From: Candidatus Aminicenantes bacterium
GTDB taxonomy: Bacteria > Acidobacteriota > Aminicenantia > Aminicenantales > Aminicenantaceae
Reading direction: 5' to 3'
DNA: 64,000 nucleotides
Assembly (NCBI GenBank): GCA_029882525.1
Contig: JAOUKO010000001.1
Coordinates: forward strand, 241 to 64,240
The notes beneath the pieces were generated by a model. It was given only the letters and a program-made list of their open reading frames with translations. It was not told the origin of the DNA and searched no databases. Both the position numbers and the translations under genes were made by a program. Shown here piece after piece: positions 37,565-47,658 of this stretch (position 1 is the first letter of the stretch; every line of letters starts with the position of its first letter).

Positions 37565-38323
37565 ATGGAAATGTATGAGAAAGAGCTGAAAAGATTCGAG
37601 CCCATCATTCAGAGGCTCAGCGATATTGCTCTGGTCGGGAAGAAAATCGTGATACAAGGAAAGGAGAATTTTATCCAGCACGGCCCGAATATCATTATCG
37701 GGAATCATATCGGCACATTCAAAGACATCGCCATCCTGTTGAAAGTGGTTCCCCGCCCTGTTTTTTTCACGGCCAACAAAATGCTTTTCGACAAGCACGA
37801 TTTCAATTTTCTCATCCGGAAGCATCTCCAGAGACACCTGAAGAATTTCGGGCTTTTTATGGATTTGATCCTTAGCCCTTTGAAATCCCTTTTTGTCAAT
37901 TATTTCGTGGCAAACATCAGGAAGGTCGGGGCCATTCCAGTGGACTTGGAGAATAAGAAAAGGATTGCCATGGAAAAGTGCCATGAATACCTGAAGAGGG
38001 GGAGAGCCATCATCGCCCTCCAAGGCTGGGGACGGGTGATGAAAAAAGCACCCAATCCTTATGTGCATAATTTCAAGAAAGGGACAGCCATCCTTTCCTA
38101 CAACCTGCAGATGGATGAAGGGATATCTGTTCCAGTGACGCCTATTGCTATGTTCGGAACACAGGTCCCCTTCCTGGTTCCCACCACTATCAAGGTGAAC
38201 GTCGGCAGGCCGATGTATATCTCCGATTATCTGGGAAGGGATTTTTCTGAAAGCGTGGAGAGATTCAGAGAAGCTCTTGAGGGAAGTGTGAAAACGCTTA
38301 TCTTCGATATTCTCAAGTGGTAG
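37565..38323 (+). CDS. putative acyltransferase (PlsC/lysophospholipid acyltransferase-like), weak
   Basis: 252 aa; GNHIGTFKD resembles HX4-5D acyltransferase motif; otherwise weak. Confidence 0.35.
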   Translation: MEMYEKELKRFEPIIQRLSDIALVGKKIVIQGKENFIQHGPNIIIGNHIGTFKDIAILLKVVPRPVFFTANKMLFDKHDFNFLIRKHLQRHLKNFGLFMDLILSPLKSLFVNYFVANIRKVGAIPVDLENKKRIAMEKCHEYLKRGRAIIALQGWGRVMKKAPNPYVHNFKKGTAILSYNLQMDEGISVPVTPIAMFGTQVPFLVPTTIKVNVGRPMYISDYLGRDFSESVERFREALEGSVKTLIFDILKW

Positions 38324-38383
38324 GCCTTCCTCCCTCAGTATCTTCCTGATCTAGGAAAGGGGGAGGATTTGCTTTCAATCCTT

Positions 38384-39331
38384 CTAGAGAAGGAATTTTC
38401 CGTCTTTAGCGATCCATTTTCCTTTAACGCGGATGGTGACTCTATCCACCAGGGCATCATAATGATGCCGGCTGACATTTTGGCCCAGCCCGTAGGAGTC
38501 GCCCAGGGCAAAGTGGGCTGTCCCGAAGGCCTTTTCTGCTTCCAGCATGTTGGGGCAGATGCGGGCCCTCCTGTTCGTCCCGATGCCAAATTCGCCTATG
38601 ATCTTTCCTGAGTCATCCGGGCCGATGTTTTTGATGATGGCTTCTATCCCTTTTCCTTCATATCTCTTCAACCGTCCCTTCTCAAACTCCATCACTCCCC
38701 GACCAAGCTTGTCGTCGATGAGACTGATCGCCAGTTTTCCTCTAAAGGTCTCCTCCACCGGCGCAGTGAAACACTCGCCTGCAGGAAGGTTTCCATGCAT
38801 TCCCTTCCGGCTTATATCTCCGGTGTCGCTGCTCCATTTTCTTCCTTTTACACTGAACTCGATTTGGGTGCCTTCCGGATTCTCCACGAGGACATCTTCC
38901 GCATCCTTCAGGGCCTTTATTACTTTCCGAGTGAAGAGGTCCATTTGTCTGAAATCGACGTTCACTAGGCGCTCCATCATGTCTTTTGTCAGGCCTGGCA
39001 TCATGCATATCCGGCCGTGTTCCATCCCGACTTTGACCATATAGCCTCTGAAAGGCTTTTCTTCGATGCGTGCATCCAGCATGTAGGCGATAGCGCTTGC
39101 TTTTTTGGCCATTTCCATGAAGAGCTGCGTGGGCTCCGTAATAGGCCTCAGAGTCTCGGTCATAAGATATGTTGTGGTTTCGGCACCGGCCTTTTTTGCC
39201 CAGTAGGCGAATGTTTCCGCGATTTCCATCTTCTCTTTATCAGTCACCAGCAGGAATTTTTCCCCTTTGCGGAGACGTAGAGAGTGATACACGGCCTTTT
39301 CTCCGGCCTTAAGAAGTTTTGTCATCCTCAT
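38384..39331 (-). CDS. aminopeptidase-like protein (M29/AmpS-like fold), tentative
   Basis: 315 aa; N-terminal pattern resembling thermophilic aminopeptidase family; assignment from pattern only. Confidence 0.4.
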   Translation of the reverse strand: MRMTKLLKAGEKAVYHSLRLRKGEKFLLVTDKEKMEIAETFAYWAKKAGAETTTYLMTETLRPITEPTQLFMEMAKKASAIAYMLDARIEEKPFRGYMVKVGMEHGRICMMPGLTKDMMERLVNVDFRQMDLFTRKVIKALKDAEDVLVENPEGTQIEFSVKGRKWSSDTGDISRKGMHGNLPAGECFTAPVEETFRGKLAISLIDDKLGRGVMEFEKGRLKRYEGKGIEAIIKNIGPDDSGKIIGEFGIGTNRRARICPNMLEAEKAFGTAHFALGDSYGLGQNVSRHHYDALVDRVTIRVKGKWIAKDGKFLL

Positions 39332-39460
39332 TCTGGCACCTCGGTATTAATCTGGGGTTGAAGTCAGTCTTTTCCTTTTATAGAAGGGAGGAATGAATAA
39401 AAGACTGTGATGATGGATAGCCGCGTGTTTGGGACCTGATGGATAACTCAGCAGCGGTGG

Positions 39461-41392
39461 CTATTCCTCCCCTTCGAACCCGGAAAGAATCTCCGAGCTG
39501 ATTTTCAGGAACAGGTCGTATTTTATCTTGACACCGTATTCCTGCCTCAATTTAGCCAAATAAGATAGGAAGAATTTGTTCCTTTTGGCTTCCAACAGGT
39601 CTTCCTTCTCCGTTTCCTTATCCTTCTCTAAATCCTCCTGGGTCACTTCTTTCCGGCCCAGCACTTTGATCAAGACATAACCACCTTCGAATTCGACCGG
39701 GTCGCTGGGCTCTTCCAGGGGAAGGGAGAAAGCCAGCCGGTCGATGGTGGCATTCTCTCCGATGATGCTCAGGTACTGTTCCCGTTTGTGTTCGTTGGAG
39801 GTCTTGTATTCAAGGCCATATTTTTCAGCAAGTTCTTCAAGGCTTTGACTTTTTAGCTCCTCTTTAACCTTTCTCATCTTTTCTGCAGCGCGCTCTTTTT
39901 TCATTATGGCCGTGAGCTCTATTTTAACATCGTCAGCTACTTCCTCGTATTTTGCCGGTCGCGGAGGCTCGATCTTTTGGAGCTGAGCCATCCCCACTCC
40001 TCTATAGGTATAGATCGGAGAGGAAATCTCTTTTTCCTTAAGCTGGAATAGAGTGGTGCTGATGGTGCCGGAGGGGTCTATGTCTTTGAACGGCTCTTTC
40101 TCTTTGAGAAGACCTGTGTTCATGATCTCCCTGCCAGCTGTCTGGGCTGCAGCCTCAAGGTTTTTCTCTTTTGTTGCGTCTTTTTCAATTCCGGAGATTC
40201 TCTTTTCAGCCAGTTCTCGAGCTTTCTGGTCTTGGAGTATGCTCTGAATTCTTGCTCTGACTTCGTCCAATGGCTTCATTCGGGGAGGCTTTTTCTCCGT
40301 GACTTTAAGGATGGATATCCCTTCTTCGGTCTCTATGGTATCAGAATACTCGCCTTCAGCGAGCCTCTCTACCTCTTCTTGTTCCTGGGAAGAGAGGGAT
40401 CTCCATTCGAAGAGGCCCCAATCTCCTCCATCCTGAGCCTTGCGGTCCTTGGAATAGAGTTTCGCCAGTTTGCTGAAATCTTCTCCCATCCTGATTCTCT
40501 CCAGGATATTCCGGCCTTCTGCCCGGACAAGCTCTTTGTCTTTGTCTTCGTAGGGAAGAAATATCCGCCTGACATTTGTCCTCTCAGGGTCTTCGAACTG
40601 GGACTCGTTCTCTTTGTAGTAACTCTCGATTTCTGCTTCGGTCAGTTCGATCTCGTTCTTCAAGTCTTCAGTCCTGAAGAAAACCACAGCGGCTTCTCTT
40701 CTCTCTGGGATTGTGTATTTCTCTTTGTTATTCTCGAAATGCTCCTGGGCCTCGCTGGAGGAAGGCTCTGCTTCCAGCTCTATTTTGTCAGTCTCAGCGA
40801 TGGCGTACTCCATCTTGGCGGACTCGTTCTTGTTCTTGTAGGTTTCCCAGAGCTCCTCTGGAGTGATGGTGATTCCTGCCGTGATGACTTTAACCACCTT
40901 CTCGATGACGATATCCTGTTTGATGCTTTCCTCGAACCTGGAGACGGATATGCGGTTCCACTCAAGGATTCTCTTGTAATTTTCATATCCGATGAACTTT
41001 CCGTCTTTCTGAAAGACCGGATAGCTGGTTATTTTTTCACGTAATTCCTCTGGGGTGACATCTATCCCCATTTCTCTTGCCTTTTGAAGCAGGATGGTTT
41101 GCTGGATCATCTGTTCGAGCACCTGCTGGGGGATGTTGAGCTGCTGGATAAGGTTTCTGTTGATCTCTTGAAACTCGTTTTTCATCATCTCCAGCCTCTG
41201 CATGAGATTCTGATAGTAGTAATCTGCAGAGATCTTTTCTTTTTTGACAGTGGCGATGGTTCTTGTAGCCCTGGCTTCGCCGAGGTGTCCGGCTCCGCCC
41301 CAGACGGCAAAGATGGTTATGATGAAGGCGGCAATCACCAACCATAGGGTCGGGGCCAACGACTTGACGTTTTTTCGCATTGCTTTAAGCAT
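39461..41392 (-). CDS. periplasmic chaperone PpiD/SurA-family peptidyl-prolyl isomerase
   Basis: 643 aa; N-terminal membrane anchor, SurA-N-like domain, parvulin-type PPIase region. Confidence 0.65.
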   Translation of the reverse strand: MLKAMRKNVKSLAPTLWLVIAAFIITIFAVWGGAGHLGEARATRTIATVKKEKISADYYYQNLMQRLEMMKNEFQEINRNLIQQLNIPQQVLEQMIQQTILLQKAREMGIDVTPEELREKITSYPVFQKDGKFIGYENYKRILEWNRISVSRFEESIKQDIVIEKVVKVITAGITITPEELWETYKNKNESAKMEYAIAETDKIELEAEPSSSEAQEHFENNKEKYTIPERREAAVVFFRTEDLKNEIELTEAEIESYYKENESQFEDPERTNVRRIFLPYEDKDKELVRAEGRNILERIRMGEDFSKLAKLYSKDRKAQDGGDWGLFEWRSLSSQEQEEVERLAEGEYSDTIETEEGISILKVTEKKPPRMKPLDEVRARIQSILQDQKARELAEKRISGIEKDATKEKNLEAAAQTAGREIMNTGLLKEKEPFKDIDPSGTISTTLFQLKEKEISSPIYTYRGVGMAQLQKIEPPRPAKYEEVADDVKIELTAIMKKERAAEKMRKVKEELKSQSLEELAEKYGLEYKTSNEHKREQYLSIIGENATIDRLAFSLPLEEPSDPVEFEGGYVLIKVLGRKEVTQEDLEKDKETEKEDLLEAKRNKFFLSYLAKLRQEYGVKIKYDLFLKISSEILSGFEGEE

Positions 41393-41493
41393 CTAATCAC
41401 CTCATATGGGATGAGTTCCTTGCCAGGATCGAAAAGACAGCATTTTTTTGTTCCTTGATTTTTCTCCTAGCCACGAAACCGATATCCATCCGT

Positions 41494-42639
41494 TTATTTT
41501 TCTTTTAGAAGATGTCTGGAAATGACCAGGCGTTGAATTTCTGAGGTTCCTTCGTAAATAGAGAGCACTCTGGCATCCCGGTAGAGCTGCTCGATAAAGA
41601 ATTCTTTTGAATATCCGTAGCCACCATGGATCTGCAGCGCTTGGTAGACAATCTTATTGGCGGCTTCAGAGGCGAAGAGTTTAGCCATAGCTGCTTCTTT
41701 AGAAAAGGGCTTGCCTCTATCCTTTAGGTTCGCTGCTTTATAGGTGAGTAAACGAGCGGCTTCAATGAGAGTTGAAATATCCGCTATCATGAATTGAATA
41801 GCCTGGAATTCAGAGATTTTTCTGCCGAAGGCTTCCCTTTGTTTGGCATACTGAACCGCTTCCTTTAAAGCGCGTTCAGCCAGTCCAATGGATTGGGCTG
41901 CGATGCCGATCCTCGAGCCGTCGAGGCTGTTGAAAGCGATGGCCGCTCCATTTCCTTCTTCCCCGAGAAGGTTCTCCTGAGGAACTTGGCAGTCCTCGAG
42001 GACGATTTCTGCAGTCGGGGAACAATGAAGGCCCAGCTTTTCTTCGATTCGAGAGATTTTAAAACCCGGAAAGCCTTTCTCAACAATGAAGGCGTTCAAT
42101 TTTTTGTTGCCTGAGTCAGCCCCGGCTGCAGTGAACAGGATCATGGCTATAGCGTCGTTTCCGGTGGTCACCCAAGCCTTTGTTCCGTTTAAAAGATAAA
42201 AATCACCTCTCTTTTCGGCTTTTGTCTTGAGGTTAGTGGCATCCGAACCAGCTCCAGGCTCTGTAAGGGAGAAAGCTCCTATGATTTCCCCTTTGGCGGC
42301 TTTGGGAAGGTATTTTTTCTTCTGCTCTTCAGTCCCAAATTCCAGGATGGCATGGCAGAAGAGCGCACAGTGCACGCTGACGATGACCGCGACTGCGGAT
42401 GAGACCTTGCTGATCTCTTCCAGAGCAAGCATGGTTGAGAAGTAGTCTGTTCTAGAACCCCCGTATTCAGGGGGGACGGTCATACCCAGAATTCCGATCT
42501 CGCCAAGCTTGGCCAGGATTTCATCAGGAAATTCTTTATTATCTTCCAGGTGTTTGACTTGAGGGGCAATCTCCTTTTGAGAGAAATCCTTCACCATCTC
42601 TTTGAGCAACCTTTGGTCTTCTGTGAGTTCAAAGTCCAT
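41494..42639 (-). CDS. acyl-CoA dehydrogenase (short/medium-chain type)
   Basis: 381 aa; FSLTEPGAGSD, catalytic-base region YEGTSEIQRLVI, FAD-binding motifs. Confidence 0.85.
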   Translation of the reverse strand: MDFELTEDQRLLKEMVKDFSQKEIAPQVKHLEDNKEFPDEILAKLGEIGILGMTVPPEYGGSRTDYFSTMLALEEISKVSSAVAVIVSVHCALFCHAILEFGTEEQKKKYLPKAAKGEIIGAFSLTEPGAGSDATNLKTKAEKRGDFYLLNGTKAWVTTGNDAIAMILFTAAGADSGNKKLNAFIVEKGFPGFKISRIEEKLGLHCSPTAEIVLEDCQVPQENLLGEEGNGAAIAFNSLDGSRIGIAAQSIGLAERALKEAVQYAKQREAFGRKISEFQAIQFMIADISTLIEAARLLTYKAANLKDRGKPFSKEAAMAKLFASEAANKIVYQALQIHGGYGYSKEFFIEQLYRDARVLSIYEGTSEIQRLVISRHLLKEK

Positions 42640-42714
42640 TATTGGTTTGATCCTCCCTTTAAAAGTCTATTTGCCTCTTCATCATGAGGATAAAGATCCT
42701 TGAATTCTCGGACC

Positions 42715-43212
42715 TCAAGGATTCGATTTTGCCCGCTGGAAGAGAGGAAAAAGCTGGCCATAAGTCGTTTCCAGGTCTGAGATAACCACCTTTGTCCTGC
42801 CCACTAGAGGCATGAAATTGGAGTCTCCGGTCCAGCGAGGAATGACATGAAGATGGAAGTGGTCAGCCACGCCCGCTCCTGCGCTGTGGCCGAGATTCAT
42901 GCCTGTGTTAAAGCCGTGGGGACGGTATTTCCTCTTCAGGATCCTCAAGCTTATCTTGAGGAGGTCAGCCATTTCGTCGGTGGATTTTTTCTCGGCTTGC
43001 TCGAACGATGCCAGATGCTCGTAAGGAGCGATCATCAGGTGACCCGGCGTGTAGGGATATTTATTCAGCACAATGAAATTTTTTTTGCCTCTATAGAGTA
43101 TGAAAGCGTCTTTATCATTTTTCGCCTTAAGGGCATGACAGAAGATGCATTCACTCATTTTTGAGAGTTTTCTCACGTATTCTTCTCTCCAGGGAGCAAA
43201 GATGTATTCCAT
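42715..43212 (-). CDS. HIT-family hydrolase
   Basis: HFHLHVIPR histidine-triad motif, CIFC zinc-binding N-terminus. Confidence 0.7.
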   Translation of the reverse strand: MEYIFAPWREEYVRKLSKMSECIFCHALKAKNDKDAFILYRGKKNFIVLNKYPYTPGHLMIAPYEHLASFEQAEKKSTDEMADLLKISLRILKRKYRPHGFNTGMNLGHSAGAGVADHFHLHVIPRWTGDSNFMPLVGRTKVVISDLETTYGQLFPLFQRAKSNP

Positions 43213-43214
43213 CG

Positions 43215-43490
43215 TTATTTATTGATCATGTTCTTCAGGATTTTGCTCGGTTTAAAGTAGAGTACTTTTTTAGGAGGAACAGTCACAGGCTCGCCAGTGC
43301 GTGGATTTCTACCTGACCGGGAATTTCTTTGACGAAAACGGAAACTTCCGAAACCTCTGAGTTCAATTTCTTCACCTTTCAGGATCGCCTCTTTGATCGT
43401 TTGGAAAAAAAGATTCACGCCAGTCTCTGCCTCTTGTTTGGAGATGTTCATTTCCTTCGCAATTTTGTTGATTAAGTCGGCTTTAATCAT
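43215..43490 (-). CDS. HU/IHF-family DNA-binding protein (IHF-beta-like, downstream of rpsA)
   Basis: 91 aa; GFGSF..R.R..R.GRNP.TGE beta-arm motif; conserved rpsA-ihfB arrangement. Confidence 0.8.
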   Translation of the reverse strand: MIKADLINKIAKEMNISKQEAETGVNLFFQTIKEAILKGEEIELRGFGSFRFRQRNSRSGRNPRTGEPVTVPPKKVLYFKPSKILKNMINK

Positions 43491-45231
43491 CTTTGTCCTC
43501 CTTTTTTTTGGCCTTTCGAATAGGCCGTATTTTTTTAAGCTGGTCTTTCATGAGGTCGCCCAGAGTCAATTTATCATCCTGGCTTTGGATATATTTCTGA
43601 TATTCCAGTTTTTGAAGCTCGAACTGGGCCAGTTTGAAGCTGAGCGATATCTTCTTCTCCCTGGGACTCATCTTAACGATTTTTGCAATGCGCTCTTCTC
43701 CGATGGAGAAGGCTTCCTCCGGTTTCTCGATTTTCTTCTCATCCAACTCGGAAAGGAAAACGATGCCTTCAATCCCTGGTGTTATCTCGACGAATACTCC
43801 AAAATCAGTGATGCGGACGATCTTGGTTTTGACGAGGTCTCCTGTCTTTTGCCGTTTGAAAAAATCCTCCCAGATATCACCTTCAAGCTGCTTGATGCCG
43901 AGAGAGAGTTTCTGCTTTTCTATATCGATATTGAGAATGATGGCTTCCACTTCCTCGCCGACTTTTAGCTTGTCAGAAGGGTGCTTGATTTTTTCCCAGG
44001 AGATATCAGAAATATGGATGAGTCCCTCAATCCCTTTCTCCACCTCCATAAAGGCGCCAAAGTCGGTGATGCTGGTTATTGTACCCATGATCCTGGAGCC
44101 GGGGCTGAATTTCTGCTTCAGGACTTCCAGCGGATGCGGTGTCGCCTGTTTTAGTCCTAAGGAGATTCTTTTAGAGGAAGGATTGATATCCAGGATATTG
44201 ACCGTGACTTCCTCTCCAGGTGAGAGGACTTTTTTCGGATGAACGATCTTTCGGGACCAGGTCAGATCCGATACATGGACCAGCCCCTCAACTCCTTTTT
44301 CCAGTTCAACAAAGGCGCCGAAATCGGTCAGGCTGACCACAGTTCCCTTGACTTTTGTGCCAACTTTATATTTTTCTTCCACGCTTTCCCAAGGGTCAGG
44401 GGTCAACTGCTTATACCCGAGAGAGATCCTTTCCTCCTTCTCGTTGAAATCAAGCACGACCACTTCCACTTCCTGCCCGACCTGGAAGACTTCAGAAGGG
44501 TGGGAAGTTTTTCCCCAGGAAATGTCTGAGACATGAAGGAGACCTTCCACGCCGCCCAAATCGATGAACGCTCCGAAGTTTGTCAGTGATTTGACCTTTC
44601 CTTTGATTTTCTGTCCTTGACTGATCTGGTTGAATACCCGTCTTCTTCTTTTTTCCCTCTCGTCCTGGAGAAAAAGCTTCCTGGAGAGAACGGCATTCTC
44701 GCTTTTTCGGTCAAATCTGATGACTTTGAATTTATAATTATTTCCGATGAGCTCTTGGGGTTCTTTGACAGCCCTCACATCAGCATGGGAATCTGGGAGG
44801 AAAGCTCTGATTCCCACGTTGACGGTATATCCGTTCCTGATTTTTTCTATGATTTTTCCCTTTACCCAGGAATTGGTGTTGAAGGCCCTGTCAAGGTCGT
44901 TAAGGGCCTTGAACGCCATGGCCTTCCTGTGAGAAAGCAGTACGTAGCCTTCCTTCGAGTCGCTCTTTTCAAAAGTCGCTTCGATTGTGTCTCCTGGACG
45001 AATTTCGGTGATGTCCAGGCTCTGGATAATGTCCTCCTTAGGAATGATCCCTTCGGACTTGAATCCGATGTCCACAAGAACATGGGTGGGCGTGACCTTG
45101 ATCACTTTGCCTTTGATGATTTTACCCGGGACGATTTCTTTGGCACTGAATTGATATTGATCAAGCAGGCTTTCGTAGTCTTGAGATGAGATGTGGTCTT
45201 CGTTGTCTGCGTCTTTTGTTATCTCTGACAT
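43483..45231 (-). CDS. rpsA: 30S ribosomal protein S1
   Basis: 582 aa with six S1 domains (repeated G.V..I..FGAFV..-type motifs). Confidence 0.9.
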   Translation of the reverse strand: MSEITKDADNEDHISSQDYESLLDQYQFSAKEIVPGKIIKGKVIKVTPTHVLVDIGFKSEGIIPKEDIIQSLDITEIRPGDTIEATFEKSDSKEGYVLLSHRKAMAFKALNDLDRAFNTNSWVKGKIIEKIRNGYTVNVGIRAFLPDSHADVRAVKEPQELIGNNYKFKVIRFDRKSENAVLSRKLFLQDEREKRRRRVFNQISQGQKIKGKVKSLTNFGAFIDLGGVEGLLHVSDISWGKTSHPSEVFQVGQEVEVVVLDFNEKEERISLGYKQLTPDPWESVEEKYKVGTKVKGTVVSLTDFGAFVELEKGVEGLVHVSDLTWSRKIVHPKKVLSPGEEVTVNILDINPSSKRISLGLKQATPHPLEVLKQKFSPGSRIMGTITSITDFGAFMEVEKGIEGLIHISDISWEKIKHPSDKLKVGEEVEAIILNIDIEKQKLSLGIKQLEGDIWEDFFKRQKTGDLVKTKIVRITDFGVFVEITPGIEGIVFLSELDEKKIEKPEEAFSIGEERIAKIVKMSPREKKISLSFKLAQFELQKLEYQKYIQSQDDKLTLGDLMKDQLKKIRPIRKAKKKEDKDD

Positions 45232-46097
45232 TGGATGATTTTCTCCCTTTGAAATGGATGTTTAAAGCTGGTTTTGATTTTGTCCACAGCTTCCTGGATG
45301 GCTTCAGGAGGTGTAGAAGCACCCCCAGAAAGGCCTATTTTTTTTGATCCTTTCAGCATTTCGTGATTTATTTGATTTGCGCTTTCGATAAAATGCGTGT
45401 TGGGCAGTATCCTTTTTGAAATCTGGAAGAGCTTGTTCGTGTTGGAGCTGTTTTTCCCCCCGACTATGAAGAGGGTGTCCACGCAGGATGCCAGTTCAGA
45501 GGTCGCTTTCTGCCGGGTTTGGGTGGAATGGCATATTGTGTTAAAGACTTTCAACTCTTCTGTTTTTTCGATGAGAGCAGCCACGATTTTTTCAAAGAGG
45601 TAAAGGTCCTGGGTGGATTGGGCGAGGACCGCCCTTTTCTTTTTTCGCGGCAGTTGCCTCACCCGGTCCTCGTTCTCGACGATGATTCCTTTTCCCTGGC
45701 TATACCCGATGAGCCCCTGGATCTCAGGATGTTCCCTGTTTCCGACGATGATGATTTCTTTCTTCTCCTTGGCCAGCATTTCGACCAGCCTCTGGATTTT
45801 TTTTACGATCGGACAGGTGGCATCAACAATCTTGATGTTCTTCTTCTGGAGCCGTCTGTAGATGTCGGGAGAGACTCCATGGCTTCGAATGATGACCCAT
45901 CCCTGATCGAACTCATCCAGGTCAGTGACGGATTGGATTCCCTGTTGCTTCAGGTCTGCAATGACCTGGGGATTGTGGATCAAGTCACCGAGGGTATAGA
46001 CATTCCCGGTTTTCTTCTGCCGTGTTTCCCGGGCGATGTTCAAAGCCCTTTTGACTCCGTAGCACAATCCTGAATTCTTGGCGATGATGATTTCCAT
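45219..46097 (-). CDS. ispH: 4-hydroxy-3-methylbut-2-enyl diphosphate reductase
   Basis: MEIIIAKNSGLCYGVKRA, three conserved Cys, ...HNPQV.. Confidence 0.9.
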   Translation of the reverse strand: MEIIIAKNSGLCYGVKRALNIARETRQKKTGNVYTLGDLIHNPQVIADLKQQGIQSVTDLDEFDQGWVIIRSHGVSPDIYRRLQKKNIKIVDATCPIVKKIQRLVEMLAKEKKEIIIVGNREHPEIQGLIGYSQGKGIIVENEDRVRQLPRKKKRAVLAQSTQDLYLFEKIVAALIEKTEELKVFNTICHSTQTRQKATSELASCVDTLFIVGGKNSSNTNKLFQISKRILPNTHFIESANQINHEMLKGSKKIGLSGGASTPPEAIQEAVDKIKTSFKHPFQREKIIQCQR

Positions 46098-46331
46098 TTT
46101 TTGGACTCGAATGAAGCAAATATACTACCCTAGTCGAACCTTTTTGTCAATTCTAAATATAGATAAAATCTAAACTTAGCTCGATTTTGCCCCACTTATA
46201 GAGAAGATTTTCCATTTTATTGAGCAGAAGAAGAAGAGGATTCTTGGGGCTGTTATAACTCCGAGATCTCCGGTTCTTTGAGCCTTTGGAGAGGCAAGAA
46301 GGGGAGATATAAAACAGATACTCCGATTATT

Positions 46332-46898
46332 CTACTGCTCAGCAATATCTTCTTCCTCGGGAATATCCTCCTCGTCGAGGATTTTGGACAGCTCCTCTGG
46401 AGAAGGAAGGTCCTTTATGGTATTCAGCCCGAAATAGGTCAAGAATTTTTCCGATGTCCTGTAGATCAGCGGATTCCCTGGACTTTTTTTTCGGCCAACG
46501 ATCTTAACCAGTCTTTTCTGGAGAAGGGTCTTCAGGGTAGAGCTGGAGTCCACGCCTCTTAAGGCCGAGATTTCAGCCAGGGTTATGGGCTGGTGGTAGG
46601 CGATGGCGGACAGAGTCTCGAGAGCTGCGGAGGAGAGCTTGCCTTTCCTCTCTATCTTCAGAAGACGCTTGATGAACGAATCATGCTCCGGCTTTGTGGA
46701 GAAGAGCAAACCTCCCCCAGAGTGGATGATCTGAATTCCCCTCTCGTTCGACACGTACGTATCCAAGAGTTCCTTTATGGCCTGCTCGATTTCCTCTTGT
46801 TTGAATTCGGTAAGGACGCTCTTGATTTTTTCCAGGGTGAGCGGCTCCAGGGATATGAATATCAAGGATTCGATGATCTCTTTCAGGCGGTTTTCCAT
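46332..46898 (-). CDS. scpB: segregation and condensation protein B
   Basis: IESLIFIS..PL...I; tandem winged-helix pattern; overlaps scpA stop. Confidence 0.8.
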   Translation of the reverse strand: MENRLKEIIESLIFISLEPLTLEKIKSVLTEFKQEEIEQAIKELLDTYVSNERGIQIIHSGGGLLFSTKPEHDSFIKRLLKIERKGKLSSAALETLSAIAYHQPITLAEISALRGVDSSSTLKTLLQKRLVKIVGRKKSPGNPLIYRTSEKFLTYFGLNTIKDLPSPEELSKILDEEDIPEEEDIAEQ

Positions 46899-47632
46899 CA
46901 GTTATTCGTCAAGCGCTCCTTTCTGCGGAGCCAGACTTTAATCGGCTGAAAATGACTTTCCTGGAGGGCGATAACGATCCTGGCCTTGATCAATTCCAGA
47001 AGCCCTAAGAAGGAAACCAGAGCTTCCTCAAAAGATTCCGCCTGGCTGAAATAATCCAGAAAATCGAGAAACTCGTTCGCTTCCAGAAAGGCCAGAATTT
47101 CCTTCATCTTCTCTTCCAGCGAATATTCCTTCCCTTTGATCGTTTTGATCCCTTCCCTTTCCTTCTTTTTCATCAGGACAAAGAAGGATTCACCTAGGTC
47201 GAACAGGGAGATCTCGATGTAGTCCATGGCATCTTCCTGGAGAAGATGAGGAAGGAACGATCTTTTCCATTTCAGCAGCTCCTCTTCCTCTTTTTCTCGG
47301 AGCAGCGAGCTGGCTGCTTTTATTCTCTGGTAATCCAGCAGCCGGTTGACAAGGATCTGGCGGGGATCCTTTTCATCCTCAAGAGGTTTTTCCCGGGGAA
47401 GGAGCATCTGGGATTTAATGTAGATGAGGAGAGCGGCGATGAGCAGGAATTCTGCCTCCCGGTCGAGGTTTATTCTTTCCTTCTGGTTGAGGTATTTCAG
47501 ATATTCTCTGGTGACGGTTGCGATGGGGATGTCATGAATGTCGATCTTTTTCTTTCTGATCAGGAAGAGAAGAAGGTCCAGGGGGCCTTGAAAAACCTCC
47601 AGTTTCACCTGATAATCTGTCGATGCGTCCAT
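46898..47632 (-). CDS. scpA: segregation and condensation protein A
   Basis: FQGPLDLLL.LI...K.DI..I.I..VT.QY. Confidence 0.8.
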   Translation of the reverse strand: MDASTDYQVKLEVFQGPLDLLLFLIRKKKIDIHDIPIATVTREYLKYLNQKERINLDREAEFLLIAALLIYIKSQMLLPREKPLEDEKDPRQILVNRLLDYQRIKAASSLLREKEEEELLKWKRSFLPHLLQEDAMDYIEISLFDLGESFFVLMKKKEREGIKTIKGKEYSLEEKMKEILAFLEANEFLDFLDYFSQAESFEEALVSFLGLLELIKARIVIALQESHFQPIKVWLRRKERLTNN

Positions 47633-47658
47633 TGAGTTTGGATTATACTCACATATAA

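Noticed and set aside
40232-41044. 270-aa plus-strand ORF
   Set aside because: Antisense to the ppiD-like gene. It is a shadow ORF.
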